NCBI GenBank assembly: GCA_014361295.1 | Contig: JACIVX010000001.1 | Coordinates: 898,293 to 962,292 of the forward strand | Source: Methanomassiliicoccales archaeon | GTDB taxonomy: Archaea; Thermoplasmatota; Thermoplasmata; Methanomassiliicoccales; JACIVX01 | Length of the DNA: 64,000 nucleotides | Reading direction: 5' to 3' | Shown here: piece by piece, positions 8,358-17,729 of the stretch | Position numbering within the stretch: position 1 is the stretch's first letter | Layout: each line of letters begins with the position of its first letter | Position numbers and translations under genes: made by a program | Notes under the pieces: generated by a model | What the model was told of the DNA's origin: nothing | Databases searched by the model: none | Seen by the model: the letters and a program-made list of their open reading frames with translations, nothing else

Positions 8358-9371
8358 TCATTCGATTCTGAGCACCGCCGCACCTTCAATTTCCGATTTC
8401 TTCATCAATTCGAGTGCCACATTCGCATCTTCAAGTTTGAATAAACGAACTTCTGTCCTGATAGGAATCCGTCCGGCAATTTTGAGAAATTGTTCTGCGT
8501 CTTCCCTCGTCACGTTCGCAACGCTCACAATTTTCCGCTCATGCCATAATAAATCATACGGAAGCTCGGGTATCGGAGACATATGTATCGCATTTATCAC
8601 CAAAACCCCTGCACGATCGAGCGATTTGAGTGCTTCTCTGACGATCCATCCAGCAGGCGCAAATATGATAGCACTATCGAGTTTCTCTGGACAAATGTCC
8701 CGTGCATCCCCAACCCATTTGGCTCCAAGTTTTCTTGCATGTTCTCTATGTTTTTCACTCCTTGTAAACACGTAAACATCACATCCTAGGATGTTTGCGA
8801 TCTGAATAACAATATGGGCTGACGCACCGAAACCGAAGAGTCCCAATTTTTGACCTGGCTTTATATTAGAAAGACGGAACGATCTATATCCGATAATACC
8901 AGCGCAAAGCAATGGTGCCGCATTCTCATCTGAAAAAATATCTGGGATAGGATACGCATAATCTTCCCTTACGACCATGTATTCTTCGTATCCCCCATTT
9001 GCATGGAGACCCGTGAATTTTGCATTCTCACACAAATTCTCGAGCCCCATCTTGCAGAATTTACAAAGACCGCATGAGGAATAAAGCCATGCGACACCGA
9101 CCCGCTCTCCCTTCTTGTAACGGCGACATTCTTCTCCGAGTTCATCAACAATACCAACTATCTCATGACCTGGGACGATAGGCATTTTTGGAAGGGAGAG
9201 TTCACCTTCAACCGTATGGAGATCCGTATGGCAAACGCCGCAGGCCTTGATTTTGATTCTTATTTCATTCCGAGCTGGTACTGGTTTTGGAACATCGAGA
9301 AGTTTGAGAGGCTTTTCCTCGACGGATTTGCATTCTTCGAGCACCATTGCCCTCAGAGAATCACCTCTCAA
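8358..9371 (-). CDS. Zinc-dependent alcohol dehydrogenase (medium-chain dehydrogenase/reductase)
   Basis: Motifs: GVCHTDLH catalytic-zinc motif, GHEIVG, structural zinc Cys cluster CGLCKFCKMGLENLC, Rossmann GFGASAH. The start may be Met9 (9347). Confidence 0.9.
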   Translation of the reverse strand: MRGDSLRAMVLEECKSVEEKPLKLLDVPKPVPARNEIRIKIKACGVCHTDLHTVEGELSLPKMPIVPGHEIVGIVDELGEECRRYKKGERVGVAWLYSSCGLCKFCKMGLENLCENAKFTGLHANGGYEEYMVVREDYAYPIPDIFSDENAAPLLCAGIIGYRSFRLSNIKPGQKLGLFGFGASAHIVIQIANILGCDVYVFTRSEKHREHARKLGAKWVGDARDICPEKLDSAIIFAPAGWIVREALKSLDRAGVLVINAIHMSPIPELPYDLLWHERKIVSVANVTREDAEQFLKIAGRIPIRTEVRLFKLEDANVALELMKKSEIEGAAVLRIE

Positions 9372-9616
9372 TTGATTCGAATTGTCTGATTGTATTGATT
9401 TGAGGGGTTATTGATTTAATGGCATTTCGAGGTAAGGTAACATTCTGAGCATGCGGTAGGATGATAGAAACCCTTTATTTGATCAAGTTTTTTGAGTCAA
9501 TGAATGATGCAGCAAGCGATTTTTCATATCTGTTAAAATAAATCACAAATTACTGCCCTTTTCAATTTATCATACTTATAATCGATTTGAATTCTAAAAG
9601 AAAATAGATGATTATC

Positions 9617-9634
9617 AAAAAAAAGAAAAAAAAG
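9617..9634 (-). terminator. Oligo-T tract (T8-C-T8 on the minus strand) downstream of the DapA-family gene
   Basis: The plus strand reads AAAAAAAAG AAAAAAAAG, about 18 nt past the stop at 9652. Archaeal terminators are oligo-T runs. Confidence 0.45.
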
Positions 9635-9651
9635 CTACTTGAAAGATTCAT

Positions 9652-10587
9652 TCAATTCTTCAGAACCCCAAGATTAACCAGAGCTTCCTTCAGCTGTTCT
9701 CGCTCTTCATTAGACAATGCCGGAAGCGGAGGTCTCACATGGCCGGCCGGTAAACCCATGAGTTTCAAGGCTTCTTTGCATGGCGCTACATATCCTGGAT
9801 CGTACTCAAAGAATCGATTGATCGTCTGTAATTTCATATGGATTTCGAGTGCTTTTCTGACATCGCCTCGCATGAACGTTTCGTACAATTCGACCATCTG
9901 CTTCGGGATAACGCAGGCTGCCGTTGAGAAGATTCCCTTTGCTCCGATGCAGAGCGCTGGGAAGAGTTGGCTGTCAATGCCAGTCATGATCGAAACCTGA
10001 TCACCCATCGTCCGAATGATCTCGATTGTCTGACTGATATCATATTCGCTCTGCTTGAGGCCAATCACATTCCTAATGTTCAAAATCCTAGTCATTAGCT
10101 TCGGCGGAATCGGATTTTTTGTATACCCTGGATTGTTGTAGACAACAATCGGTATTTCGGTGCTATTCGCAATCGCTTCATAATACCGGAAGATCTGTTC
10201 CGGTGGGAGCTTGAAATAATAAGGCTGAACGATGATGGCCGCATCCGCACCCGTATTTTCCGCATGTTTGGTGTAAATAATCGTCTCCTTAACACTGCAA
10301 CCGGTGGTACAAGCAATAACGGGAATTCGACTTCGGACAGCGTCAACAACGTGCTCTAACACCATCTTTCTTTCCTCAGGAAGAAGATGCGGAAATTCTC
10401 CGTTTCCTCCAGTCGTCATTATGCCATGAATCCCATTTTTCACATAGAAATCCACGAGCTTTCTAAGGCCTTCGATGTCAACTTCGTCTTCCCGCGTAAA
10501 CGGGGTGACGATGGCAACGACAATCCCTTTTAAATCTGCAGCGGTAAGCATAACAAATACCCCCGACCTTTCTAGATATCCTCTCAA
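9652..10587 (-). CDS. DapA/NAL-family class I aldolase (dihydrodipicolinate synthase or KDG-aldolase-like)
   Basis: GIVVAIVTPF, GIMTTGGNGEFPHL (GTTGE-like motif), YNNPG, and a Schiff-base Lys context IGLKQSE. The specific substrate cannot be assigned from sequence alone. Met13 is a possible true start. Confidence 0.85.
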   Translation of the reverse strand: MRGYLERSGVFVMLTAADLKGIVVAIVTPFTREDEVDIEGLRKLVDFYVKNGIHGIMTTGGNGEFPHLLPEERKMVLEHVVDAVRSRIPVIACTTGCSVKETIIYTKHAENTGADAAIIVQPYYFKLPPEQIFRYYEAIANSTEIPIVVYNNPGYTKNPIPPKLMTRILNIRNVIGLKQSEYDISQTIEIIRTMGDQVSIMTGIDSQLFPALCIGAKGIFSTAACVIPKQMVELYETFMRGDVRKALEIHMKLQTINRFFEYDPGYVAPCKEALKLMGLPAGHVRPPLPALSNEEREQLKEALVNLGVLKN

Positions 10588-11714
10588 GGTTTTTTAATAT
10601 TGCCACACTAATCCAGCACAAGAAAACCTGTTTATTGATCGGTGTGAATGAATGCTTGTTACAAATTTCCGTTATATCTCAAAAAAGCGCAACAAATCAC
10701 GTCAAAAGAGGGGAATAAAGAAGGAGGCAAGTGCAATGCTAGGAACCTTAGATCAAATTCGCTGAGACTCATGAGAATTCTAAATTGCCTGATAAATTTG
10801 ATGGTCTTCCTTGGAGTTTCCTACTTCAATCCTCTGATTTTCGGGCGAAGTCCTCCACTTCTGACGAATGGGCGAATCTGCCTTCGGTGTTCGCTTATCT
10901 CAATGATTTCACGACAATTGAAGATATGCTTTTATTACCTGCTTGTATGAATTCCGACAATCATTTGACAAATGATGAGACCAAAGCAATTAACATTGAA
11001 AAATTGAGCAATAAATTCTTTATCGATCAGAGAGACAACATACCGATCAGAATCACATTGACCGCGAATGAAGTAGCCACGCCGATCCAGATCATTATGA
11101 GAAAATGAACAGATGCGCCGGCAGGATGTCCTCCTTTCAGAACGACAAGCATGATTGAAAACTGCCCGGGCTTAAAGAAGTTCTGTTGAGAATGATGAAG
11201 GAATTGGGAAGATAAATTCACTCTGGAAATGCAAATTACTCTTCGAGATTTCTTGAATGAACCGCGTAATTAGGAAAGCATACGGTCTGTTTTCAGAGAA
11301 ATTTCGTTTGGTACCATGAAGGATGTTAGAAAACTTTATGTTTCAGTATTTAGCGGACTTTTTATTGACGCTGTTTGCGGTTAGAAATTATGAATGTTTT
11401 CTACCATTCGCTCATGCATATACGGAAGTCGCTCAAGAATTAGGTTCGTAGCCACAGATAGATCACAGATAGAGATAATTGACTAAGGCACCGCTCGATG
11501 CTCAGCAGAACGGGTTGAAATCGGCCTAACCCCCATCATGGCTAATAGGAACTTCTCGCGCGTTCCCAAAAGTCCATGCAACCGACCACAATTGAAAAAT
11601 CGAAATCGCACAAAAATACAACGCGAACATCGAGCGTGAGTAGGCCAGCAATTGATAGACGCTAAAAAAAAGAGAAGAGAATTAAATCATCGTACATGGA
11701 AAACTATTGTTATC

Positions 11715-11724
11715 AAAAAAAAAA
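11715..11724 (-). terminator. T10 tract about 25 nt downstream of the tRNA-Ala 3' end
   Basis: The plus-strand A10 run gives T10 on the transcribed strand. Confidence 0.45.
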
Positions 11725-11749
11725 TCGACATGACAGGTTATGTGAAAAG

Positions 11750-11822
11750 TGGACCGGGCGAGATTTGAACTCGCGACCTCTACCATGCCAAGATAGCGAT
11801 CTTCCAGCTGATCTACCGGCCC
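11750..11822 (-). tRNA. tRNA-Ala (anticodon GGC)
   Basis: GGGCCGGTAGATCAGCTGGAAGATCGCTATCTTGGCATGGTAGAGGTCGCGAGTTCAAATCTCGCCCGGTCCA. It has the G3-U70 Ala identity pair, anticodon loop TT-GGC-AT and a canonical T loop. No intron. Confidence 0.92.
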
Positions 11823-11849
11823 ACGCATCTGCTCTCAAGGGAATTTTTG

Positions 11850-11857
11850 TAATTAAA
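11850..11857 (-). promoter_or_regulatory. TATA-box-like element (TTTAATTA) upstream of tRNA-Ala
   Basis: Lies 27 nt upstream of the mature 5' end. Confidence 0.4.
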
Positions 11858-11965
11858 TCTTACCATTCATAGCGATGCGGAAACTTGAAGCAATAATTCC
11901 AAAAACGCATAACCGAGATTAGACAATCATTCATATATCAGTGAATTGATTAACAATCCATCCAT

Positions 11966-13369
11966 TTACAATTCAACCTCAAGTTTCTGCTGGAATCGCA
12001 TCTTTTCTCCAGGCACATTCGTCGGATATTCAGCGGTCAGACATCCAAGACACAGATCGCTTTCAGGAATCTCGAGAGCTTCAACTAAACCCTTAATGCT
12101 GATATATCCGATGCTATCGGCCGTAATCATCTTCGAGATCTCTTCAAACGAACGGTTGACCGCGATGAACTGTTCGCGCGTCTTCATATCAATGCCGTAG
12201 TAACATGGTGCCCTGATCGGGGGACAACCGACACGAACATGAACTTCCTTCGCCCCAGCCCTCCGTACCATTTGCACAATCTTGCGCATCGTCGTTCCGC
12301 GAACAATGCTATCGTCAACGATTACAACCCGCTTCCCGCTGACCGTCGATCTGATAGGATTCAACTTGAGTAAAACACCTTCATCCCTCTGATTCTGCTC
12401 AGGTAAAATGAAAGTCCGCTCGATGTAGCGGTTCTTCATGAAGCCTTCCTCGTATTTAATCCCAGAATACTCGGCGAATCCAAGGGCATGGCCCCTTCCT
12501 GAGTCGGGCACCGCGACAACGACATCCGCATCGACTGGTTGCTCCTCTGCGAGCTTTCTACCAATTCTTTTCCTGACGCTGTAAACCTCCCGTCCGTCAA
12601 TAATGGAATCAGGTCTCGCAAAATAGACCCATTCAAACATGCAGTGAGCGGTGTGAGCAGAGCCTGGAAGCTTCGTTGATGAAAAGCGATCTGGCGTCAG
12701 CTCAATAATTTCCCCCGGCTCGACATCCCTGATGAATTCTCCGTGAAGAACATCAAAGACCGCGCTCTCCGATGCTATCGCGAAGCCGTTCGGAAGCTTG
12801 CCGACGCAAAGGGGTCTGAAACCAAGTGGATCCCTGACACCGAAGACACGCCCCCCGATCATAAGTGCGAGCGAGTAAGCACCATCGAGTACCCTCATCG
12901 TGTTCTTGATCGCCCTAATAGGATCTCCATATTGTGTGAGTTCATTCGCTAGGATTCTAATGATGATCTCCGAATCAGTGCTCGTTAGGAAAGCCCATCC
13001 TTCTGACTGGAGTTTTTTGCGGACCTTTTCCGCATTAACAATGTCACCGTTATGTCCTATTGCCAGTTCACCCGCTGACGTTGAAACAACAAGTGGCTGG
13101 CAGTTTTCAAAGCTCGAAGCACCAGTCGTTGAGTAACGAACATGCCCGATGCCAACATTTCCCCTCAGGGATTCAAAGTCCCTGCCGGTCAGAACCTCAT
13201 GGACAAGCCCCATCCCTCTAAGGTATCTAATACCTTTATCAAAAACAGCAATGCCAGCGCTCTCCTGCCCCCGGTGCTGAATTGCCCGAAGCGCCTTCTT
13301 CAGCGTCGGGGCCGCGTTGCAGTTCAAAGCCGCTGCCACGACCCCGCAGCTGTGCTCGGGCTTGTCCAT
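11966..13369 (-). CDS. purF: Amidophosphoribosyltransferase
   Basis: N-terminal nucleophile context M..HSCGVVAA, glutamine amidotransferase class-II core, PRTase motif VVIVDDSIVRGTT, C-terminal Cys cluster. Confidence 0.95.
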   Translation of the reverse strand: MDKPEHSCGVVAAALNCNAAPTLKKALRAIQHRGQESAGIAVFDKGIRYLRGMGLVHEVLTGRDFESLRGNVGIGHVRYSTTGASSFENCQPLVVSTSAGELAIGHNGDIVNAEKVRKKLQSEGWAFLTSTDSEIIIRILANELTQYGDPIRAIKNTMRVLDGAYSLALMIGGRVFGVRDPLGFRPLCVGKLPNGFAIASESAVFDVLHGEFIRDVEPGEIIELTPDRFSSTKLPGSAHTAHCMFEWVYFARPDSIIDGREVYSVRKRIGRKLAEEQPVDADVVVAVPDSGRGHALGFAEYSGIKYEEGFMKNRYIERTFILPEQNQRDEGVLLKLNPIRSTVSGKRVVIVDDSIVRGTTMRKIVQMVRRAGAKEVHVRVGCPPIRAPCYYGIDMKTREQFIAVNRSFEEISKMITADSIGYISIKGLVEALEIPESDLCLGCLTAEYPTNVPGEKMRFQQKLEVEL

Positions 13370-13388
13370 TAGGACATCACCTCATCAA

Positions 13389-13556
13389 TCAATGCATCTT
13401 AGCCCAACTATATGATCTCAACTTAGTGGTTCTTCCGTATCCGCACGAAGCGCAATATTTTTCCCTAATGTTATAGGATTTTTTACCGCACCTGCGGCAG
13501 GGGATGTGTGTTTTACGATTTGCATGCTTTCCTTTTGAAGGTGTACCTTTGACCAT
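13389..13556 (-). CDS. rpl37e: 50S ribosomal protein L37e (eL37)
   Basis: 55-aa ORF below the track cut-off: MVKGTPSKGKHANRKTHIPCRRCGKKSYNIREKYCASCGYGRTTKLRSYSWAKMH. It has the C4 zinc ribbon and basic N-terminus typical of eL37 and lies directly downstream of the Sm gene, as in many archaea. Confidence 0.9.
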   Translation of the reverse strand: MVKGTPSKGKHANRKTHIPCRRCGKKSYNIREKYCASCGYGRTTKLRSYSWAKMH

Positions 13557-13592
13557 TCTTCTTCTCTCCTTACGCTTTCATTTTCACTACCA

Positions 13593-13808
13593 TCAAGGTG
13601 AAATGTAGATGACGTTATCGCCTCTCACAATAGCGATGTCGAGTTTCCTGACAACTTCTTTGTTGACGAGCTCTTCGACATTCTTGAGCACGAGATTCAT
13701 ATGAGGATCGTATCCGTCCAAAATTCCCCTATACTCCCTGTTCGCTTTGAGCTCAACGATGACATGGCGGTTAATGGCCTGATTGAGAACCGTGAGAGGT
13801 TTTTGCAT
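13593..13808 (-). CDS. Sm-like (LSm/SmAP) RNA-binding protein
   Basis: 71 aa with Sm1/Sm2 motifs: [26 protein letters not shown] ... [12 protein letters not shown]. Confidence 0.9.
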   Translation of the reverse strand: MQKPLTVLNQAINRHVIVELKANREYRGILDGYDPHMNLVLKNVEELVNKEVVRKLDIAIVRGDNVIYISP

Positions 13809-13875
13809 ACTCAGTCACCAGTTGCCCGATAACGCCCAGACTATTTGAATCTTTGCGTTTATTGATTGGTTGAAA

Positions 13876-15012
13876 TTATACGAAGGCCCCGATCGTCGGT
13901 GCATCCAGTAAATCCATATCAAAAAAAATAATTGCTTCCTTAACTCCGGTTTCATCGAGTTTCCTTCCCTGCAGAAATGCCAATAATGAACCCCTCCAAA
14001 GCAAGTCGAGAATCGAACTGCCAATGATACCAAAGTAAACGTTTGAAAGAAAATCCTCGTATTGGTAAGAATCAACGAGATAGCACGCGTATCCGAAAAC
14101 GCTGTCCCGTTCATTTAACATCATCAGATATCTCAAGAGCAATCTCCTTCCGTTCTGATCAGGTACCAACAATTCCACAGACTTCGGATCGATAGTCTCG
14201 ATATGTTCAACGCTGCCATCGTCAAGTATCCTAGACCAATCGATCTTGCTTCCCTTTGTCATGAAAACGTTCCAGTAACCCTCGTCATCGCAGTATACTG
14301 GCGCGTCGACGATTTTGGAAACAGATATCGAGTCGAGGGTTGCTTTCATTGCGACCCTTGCGATATCAACAGATTCGATTTTCAATGACTTTTCATCTTT
14401 TATTTCACTTAAATTTAACTCATCGTCCTCGACAGATAATTCGAGCATTCGAGCAAGGAATCTCAAATCCAGAAATTTCTCAAGTGCTTGATTGACCTGC
14501 ATTCTCAAATCTCCAGGATCTCTCCACAATCCCGCATCTCGACACTCCGAAATGAATTCTGAGTAGAGCTTTCTTGATTCCTTCAGAGTTCTAGCGAAAG
14601 TTTCAGTTTTGTCATAAATTAGTTGCGATGCGATGCCCTCGAGATCATCTCCCTGATCATTCCATATTCCTCTGCATGAAAGGTCAAGCTCCGCTTGGAT
14701 TCGATCTAAGACATGAAAATGGATAGGGAATTGACAGCAGAAATGAGGTCTGGAATTGTAAACCATACATTTTCTGTCGACAAGGAAAACACAGGGACCT
14801 TGATTTTGCTTCGACTTGATTGCATAATGCTGGTGCGGTCTTTTCTTGAAACAAACGGCGTCTCTGTAATGCTTGAGAAAATATCCCACTTCCCCCTGCA
14901 AAAGCTCTGGCTGACAAAGACAGCAGAGCTGGCACCGTTCAAGACATTTGAATCTGAATCCCCGAAGTTGAGAGAGGTCAATGCTGAGATTTTTCTCTTC
15001 GAACAACAACAT
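13876..15012 (-). CDS. YkgJ/UPF0153-type Cys-cluster protein with a ~250-aa C-terminal region of unknown function
   Basis: N-terminal CLERCQLCCLCQP ... GPCVFL..RKCMVYNSRPHFCCQFP (CxxCxxCC plus distal Cys pattern). I recognise no motif in the remainder. It overlaps the pyrC stop by 35 nt. Confidence 0.6.
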   Translation of the reverse strand: MLLFEEKNLSIDLSQLRGFRFKCLERCQLCCLCQPELLQGEVGYFLKHYRDAVCFKKRPHQHYAIKSKQNQGPCVFLVDRKCMVYNSRPHFCCQFPIHFHVLDRIQAELDLSCRGIWNDQGDDLEGIASQLIYDKTETFARTLKESRKLYSEFISECRDAGLWRDPGDLRMQVNQALEKFLDLRFLARMLELSVEDDELNLSEIKDEKSLKIESVDIARVAMKATLDSISVSKIVDAPVYCDDEGYWNVFMTKGSKIDWSRILDDGSVEHIETIDPKSVELLVPDQNGRRLLLRYLMMLNERDSVFGYACYLVDSYQYEDFLSNVYFGIIGSSILDLLWRGSLLAFLQGRKLDETGVKEAIIFFDMDLLDAPTIGAFV

Positions 15013-16252
15013 TCCTCCCGGCCCGTTCGCCGACGATTGAACGATCCTCCATCACAAGCATCCCCCTGAGGAAAAGTGCGTGCGGAAAGATTGCCTCGTA
15101 ATTTTCAAAAGCGGTCCAGTCGCACTTACTGTGCAGATTCTCCGCCTTAATTCTTTCGATCTTCTTGTGATCGACGACAATGAGATCGCCGTCGAAACCG
15201 ACTTCAATCCTCCCCTTGCGTAAGCCGAAAATTTCAGCGGGCCTTTCGCAGGCGCATTTCGTAAATGTCTTGAGATCGATAAGATCACGCTTCACAAGAT
15301 TAAGCATGAGCGGAACTGTTGTTTCAACACCAGGCATTCCACACGGAGCGACGTCGAAATCGTCTTCTTTCTCCTCGATCGTATGGGGCGCATGGTCCGA
15401 AGCGATGATATCGAATTTCCCCTGAATGAATGCCTCGAACAAAAGCTCCCGTTCGTTTCTATTCCTCAATGGTGGGTTGACTTTCCCGAACGCTCCAAGC
15501 TCGCACGAATTGTCAAGAAGGAGATGATGCGGTGTCACCTCGGTCGTGAATTTCGTGTCTCTAATCGAGTTGAAGCTCCGTGCCGAAGAGATATGACAAA
15601 TATGAACTCTATTTCCTGAAAAATTCGAAACGAGTTTTTCTATGGCACTGATCTCTGCCTCAATCGGTCTATTGCGATCGTGGTCCAGAAGATTTATTTC
15701 AGGAAGCTTCCGAATCATCCTTTCATCTTCCGCATGAACGCTGATCACTTTTCCGGTCTTAGAAACCGATGTCATTATTTTTATCATTGATTGATCATCT
15801 GGAACAAGGAGCTCTCCCGTTATTGAGCTCATGAACAATTTATAGCCAATAACCATATCCGCAATCGATTCAGGTTTAAATGAAGAAACACAGCCCCCAA
15901 AGAGACCGAAGTCGATCCATGCCTTCTTTGCGACCGACTCCATCTTTTCTTTGATCGTCTCGCTCGAGATTGCTGGGGGCAACGTATTAGGCATATCGAA
16001 AATACACGATACGCCTCCAAACGCGGCTGCTATTGTACCTGTCTGGAAGTCCTCTTTGTACGTTAGGCCGGGATCTCTAAAATGCACATGTGCATCGATA
16101 GCAGCTGGAAGAATGAGCTTATTAGAATAATTGTAATGCTTTTCTCCCTTCAAGACCTTTTTGATCGAAACAATCTTTCCTCCTTCGATACCGATACAGC
16201 ATTCGACAAGATTTCCTTGATAATACGCTCGTCCTTCGACAACGGTCTCCAT
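14978..16252 (-). CDS. pyrC: Dihydroorotase
   Basis: AIDAHVHFRDPG metal-binding motif, ...HAED..., and ASDHAPH near the C-terminal third. 424 aa. Confidence 0.9.
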   Translation of the reverse strand: METVVEGRAYYQGNLVECCIGIEGGKIVSIKKVLKGEKHYNYSNKLILPAAIDAHVHFRDPGLTYKEDFQTGTIAAAFGGVSCIFDMPNTLPPAISSETIKEKMESVAKKAWIDFGLFGGCVSSFKPESIADMVIGYKLFMSSITGELLVPDDQSMIKIMTSVSKTGKVISVHAEDERMIRKLPEINLLDHDRNRPIEAEISAIEKLVSNFSGNRVHICHISSARSFNSIRDTKFTTEVTPHHLLLDNSCELGAFGKVNPPLRNRNERELLFEAFIQGKFDIIASDHAPHTIEEKEDDFDVAPCGMPGVETTVPLMLNLVKRDLIDLKTFTKCACERPAEIFGLRKGRIEVGFDGDLIVVDHKKIERIKAENLHSKCDWTAFENYEAIFPHALFLRGMLVMEDRSIVGERAGRNVVVRREKSQH

Positions 16253-16256
16253 TGAA

Positions 16257-16850
16257 TCACTTCAGCGTTTTTCTTGCAACAGGTCCATACGGTTTCTCTT
16301 CAGCGAAAATTTCCGCCTGGAATTTAAAAAATCTTGCCCGCTTATCCAACCAGCAATCAGGTGTTAAACCAGCCTTCATGCAGGTGTGAGAGAGAAACTC
16401 CTCCACGTCCCAACCATATTCAACTGGGACCTGCGGTAAAAGAAGACCGCGAAAAGGACCCATTTCGACGATGAGACCATCTTCCCCAACGATGACCTGT
16501 TCCGGCAATTTCTTTGGATCGGAGACTTTGATCATCTGGGGCGGTGTTAATATGCTGACTTCGACCACGATCCCCTTTAATTCGTGTTCCCTCAGAGGAG
16601 GAAATCTCGGATCGTGGCATGCTGACTGCGCCGCCATAACCAGGGCTTTCTCGAGAGAAAATACAGGTTCTGGATAGCCGATGCAACCGCGCAAATCGTG
16701 GTCTGGGTAAGTTGAAAGAGTGACGAAAACTCCCCGTTTCTCGCTGAAACTCTCAGGAAGATCGACATCTTTGACTTTCTCGCGTCGTGCCTCCGCATCG
16801 ACAACCTTTCGCGCCATTCTCACTGCCACTTCGCCTTCTGTGTCGTTCAT
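16257..16850 (-). CDS. AMMECR1-domain protein
   Basis: RGVFVTL....LRGCIGYPEP ... HDPRFPPL motifs characteristic of AMMECR1. Confidence 0.85.
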   Translation of the reverse strand: MNDTEGEVAVRMARKVVDAEARREKVKDVDLPESFSEKRGVFVTLSTYPDHDLRGCIGYPEPVFSLEKALVMAAQSACHDPRFPPLREHELKGIVVEVSILTPPQMIKVSDPKKLPEQVIVGEDGLIVEMGPFRGLLLPQVPVEYGWDVEEFLSHTCMKAGLTPDCWLDKRARFFKFQAEIFAEEKPYGPVARKTLK

Positions 16851-17145
16851 AATGTTCCCGTCTCCTCAAATGCCATTTCTTTGGTCAGATTTATCTCTTG
16901 TGCAATGGAGACTTGCGATTTTCAAGCGGAAAAACACCGACGCGAAAATCATTCAATCCTGCCAATAGGATCTTAGAAATGACTAGAAAGAGTAAGTTCA
17001 ATTTGATCTCCGTTTGATCTTTTTGTCGATGTCTGCGAAAATGAAATGAGATGTCAACTGTTTTTATGCATCGTTCTATGTAGAGGTTATTGAACCATGA
17101 GTTCTTTCAAAAAGAATTTCTACTTTCATCAACAATCATATTATC

Positions 17146-17706
17146 ATGAGCAGCAGGGCAGACGACATCCTTGTCGAGGAAATCATGACGAAAACGCCGA
17201 TCATTGGCGATCCGGAGATGACGGTTCAAGAAGCGGCAAAATTGATGAGGGCGGAAAGAGTGGGAAGTATTGTCATCGCTCAAGATGGTGAAGCTATTGG
17301 CATTATCACAGAAAGAGATCTTGTCAACAAAGTCGTCGCGGAGAACAAGGTACCATCGAAGGTCAAAGTAAAAGAGATCATGTCTTCGCCGTTGATCACC
17401 GTCGGTCCGAAGGAAAGCGTCTCCTCTGCGGCCAAGAAAATGTCAACGTTAAAGGTCAGACGATTGCCCGTCGTAAAGCAGGGAAAGCTCATTGGCATTT
17501 TGACGGAAAATGACATCTTGAAGTTATCTCCTTCACTTATCGAGATTACGAGGGAGTGGGCGCGGATCAGGGGCCGAGCATCGGTGAATGCGTCAACTGC
17601 TAGACTCGCTGAGGGATACTGCGACAGTTGCGGTTCCTATTCCAACGAGCTGCGGATGCATGAAGGACAACTCCTCTGTTCATCGTGTTACGACCAGCTC
17701 TTATAA
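17146..17706 (+). CDS. CBS-pair domain protein with C-terminal zinc ribbon
   Basis: Two CBS repeats (IMTKTPIIG...; IMSSPLITV...RRLPVV..GKLIGILTENDI) and a C-terminal CDSCGSY...CSSC. Confidence 0.85.
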   Translation: MSSRADDILVEEIMTKTPIIGDPEMTVQEAAKLMRAERVGSIVIAQDGEAIGIITERDLVNKVVAENKVPSKVKVKEIMSSPLITVGPKESVSSAAKKMSTLKVRRLPVVKQGKLIGILTENDILKLSPSLIEITREWARIRGRASVNASTARLAEGYCDSCGSYSNELRMHEGQLLCSSCYDQLL

Positions 17707-17729
17707 TCGTTCTGGTTTTGGAAATCAAA

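Noticed and set aside
10648-11221. Three overlapping ORFs (100, 107 and 64 aa)
   Set aside because: They are mutually exclusive and none has a recognisable motif. The 107-aa ORF (10785-11108, TTG start) has the most protein-like composition but cannot be supported without a homology search.
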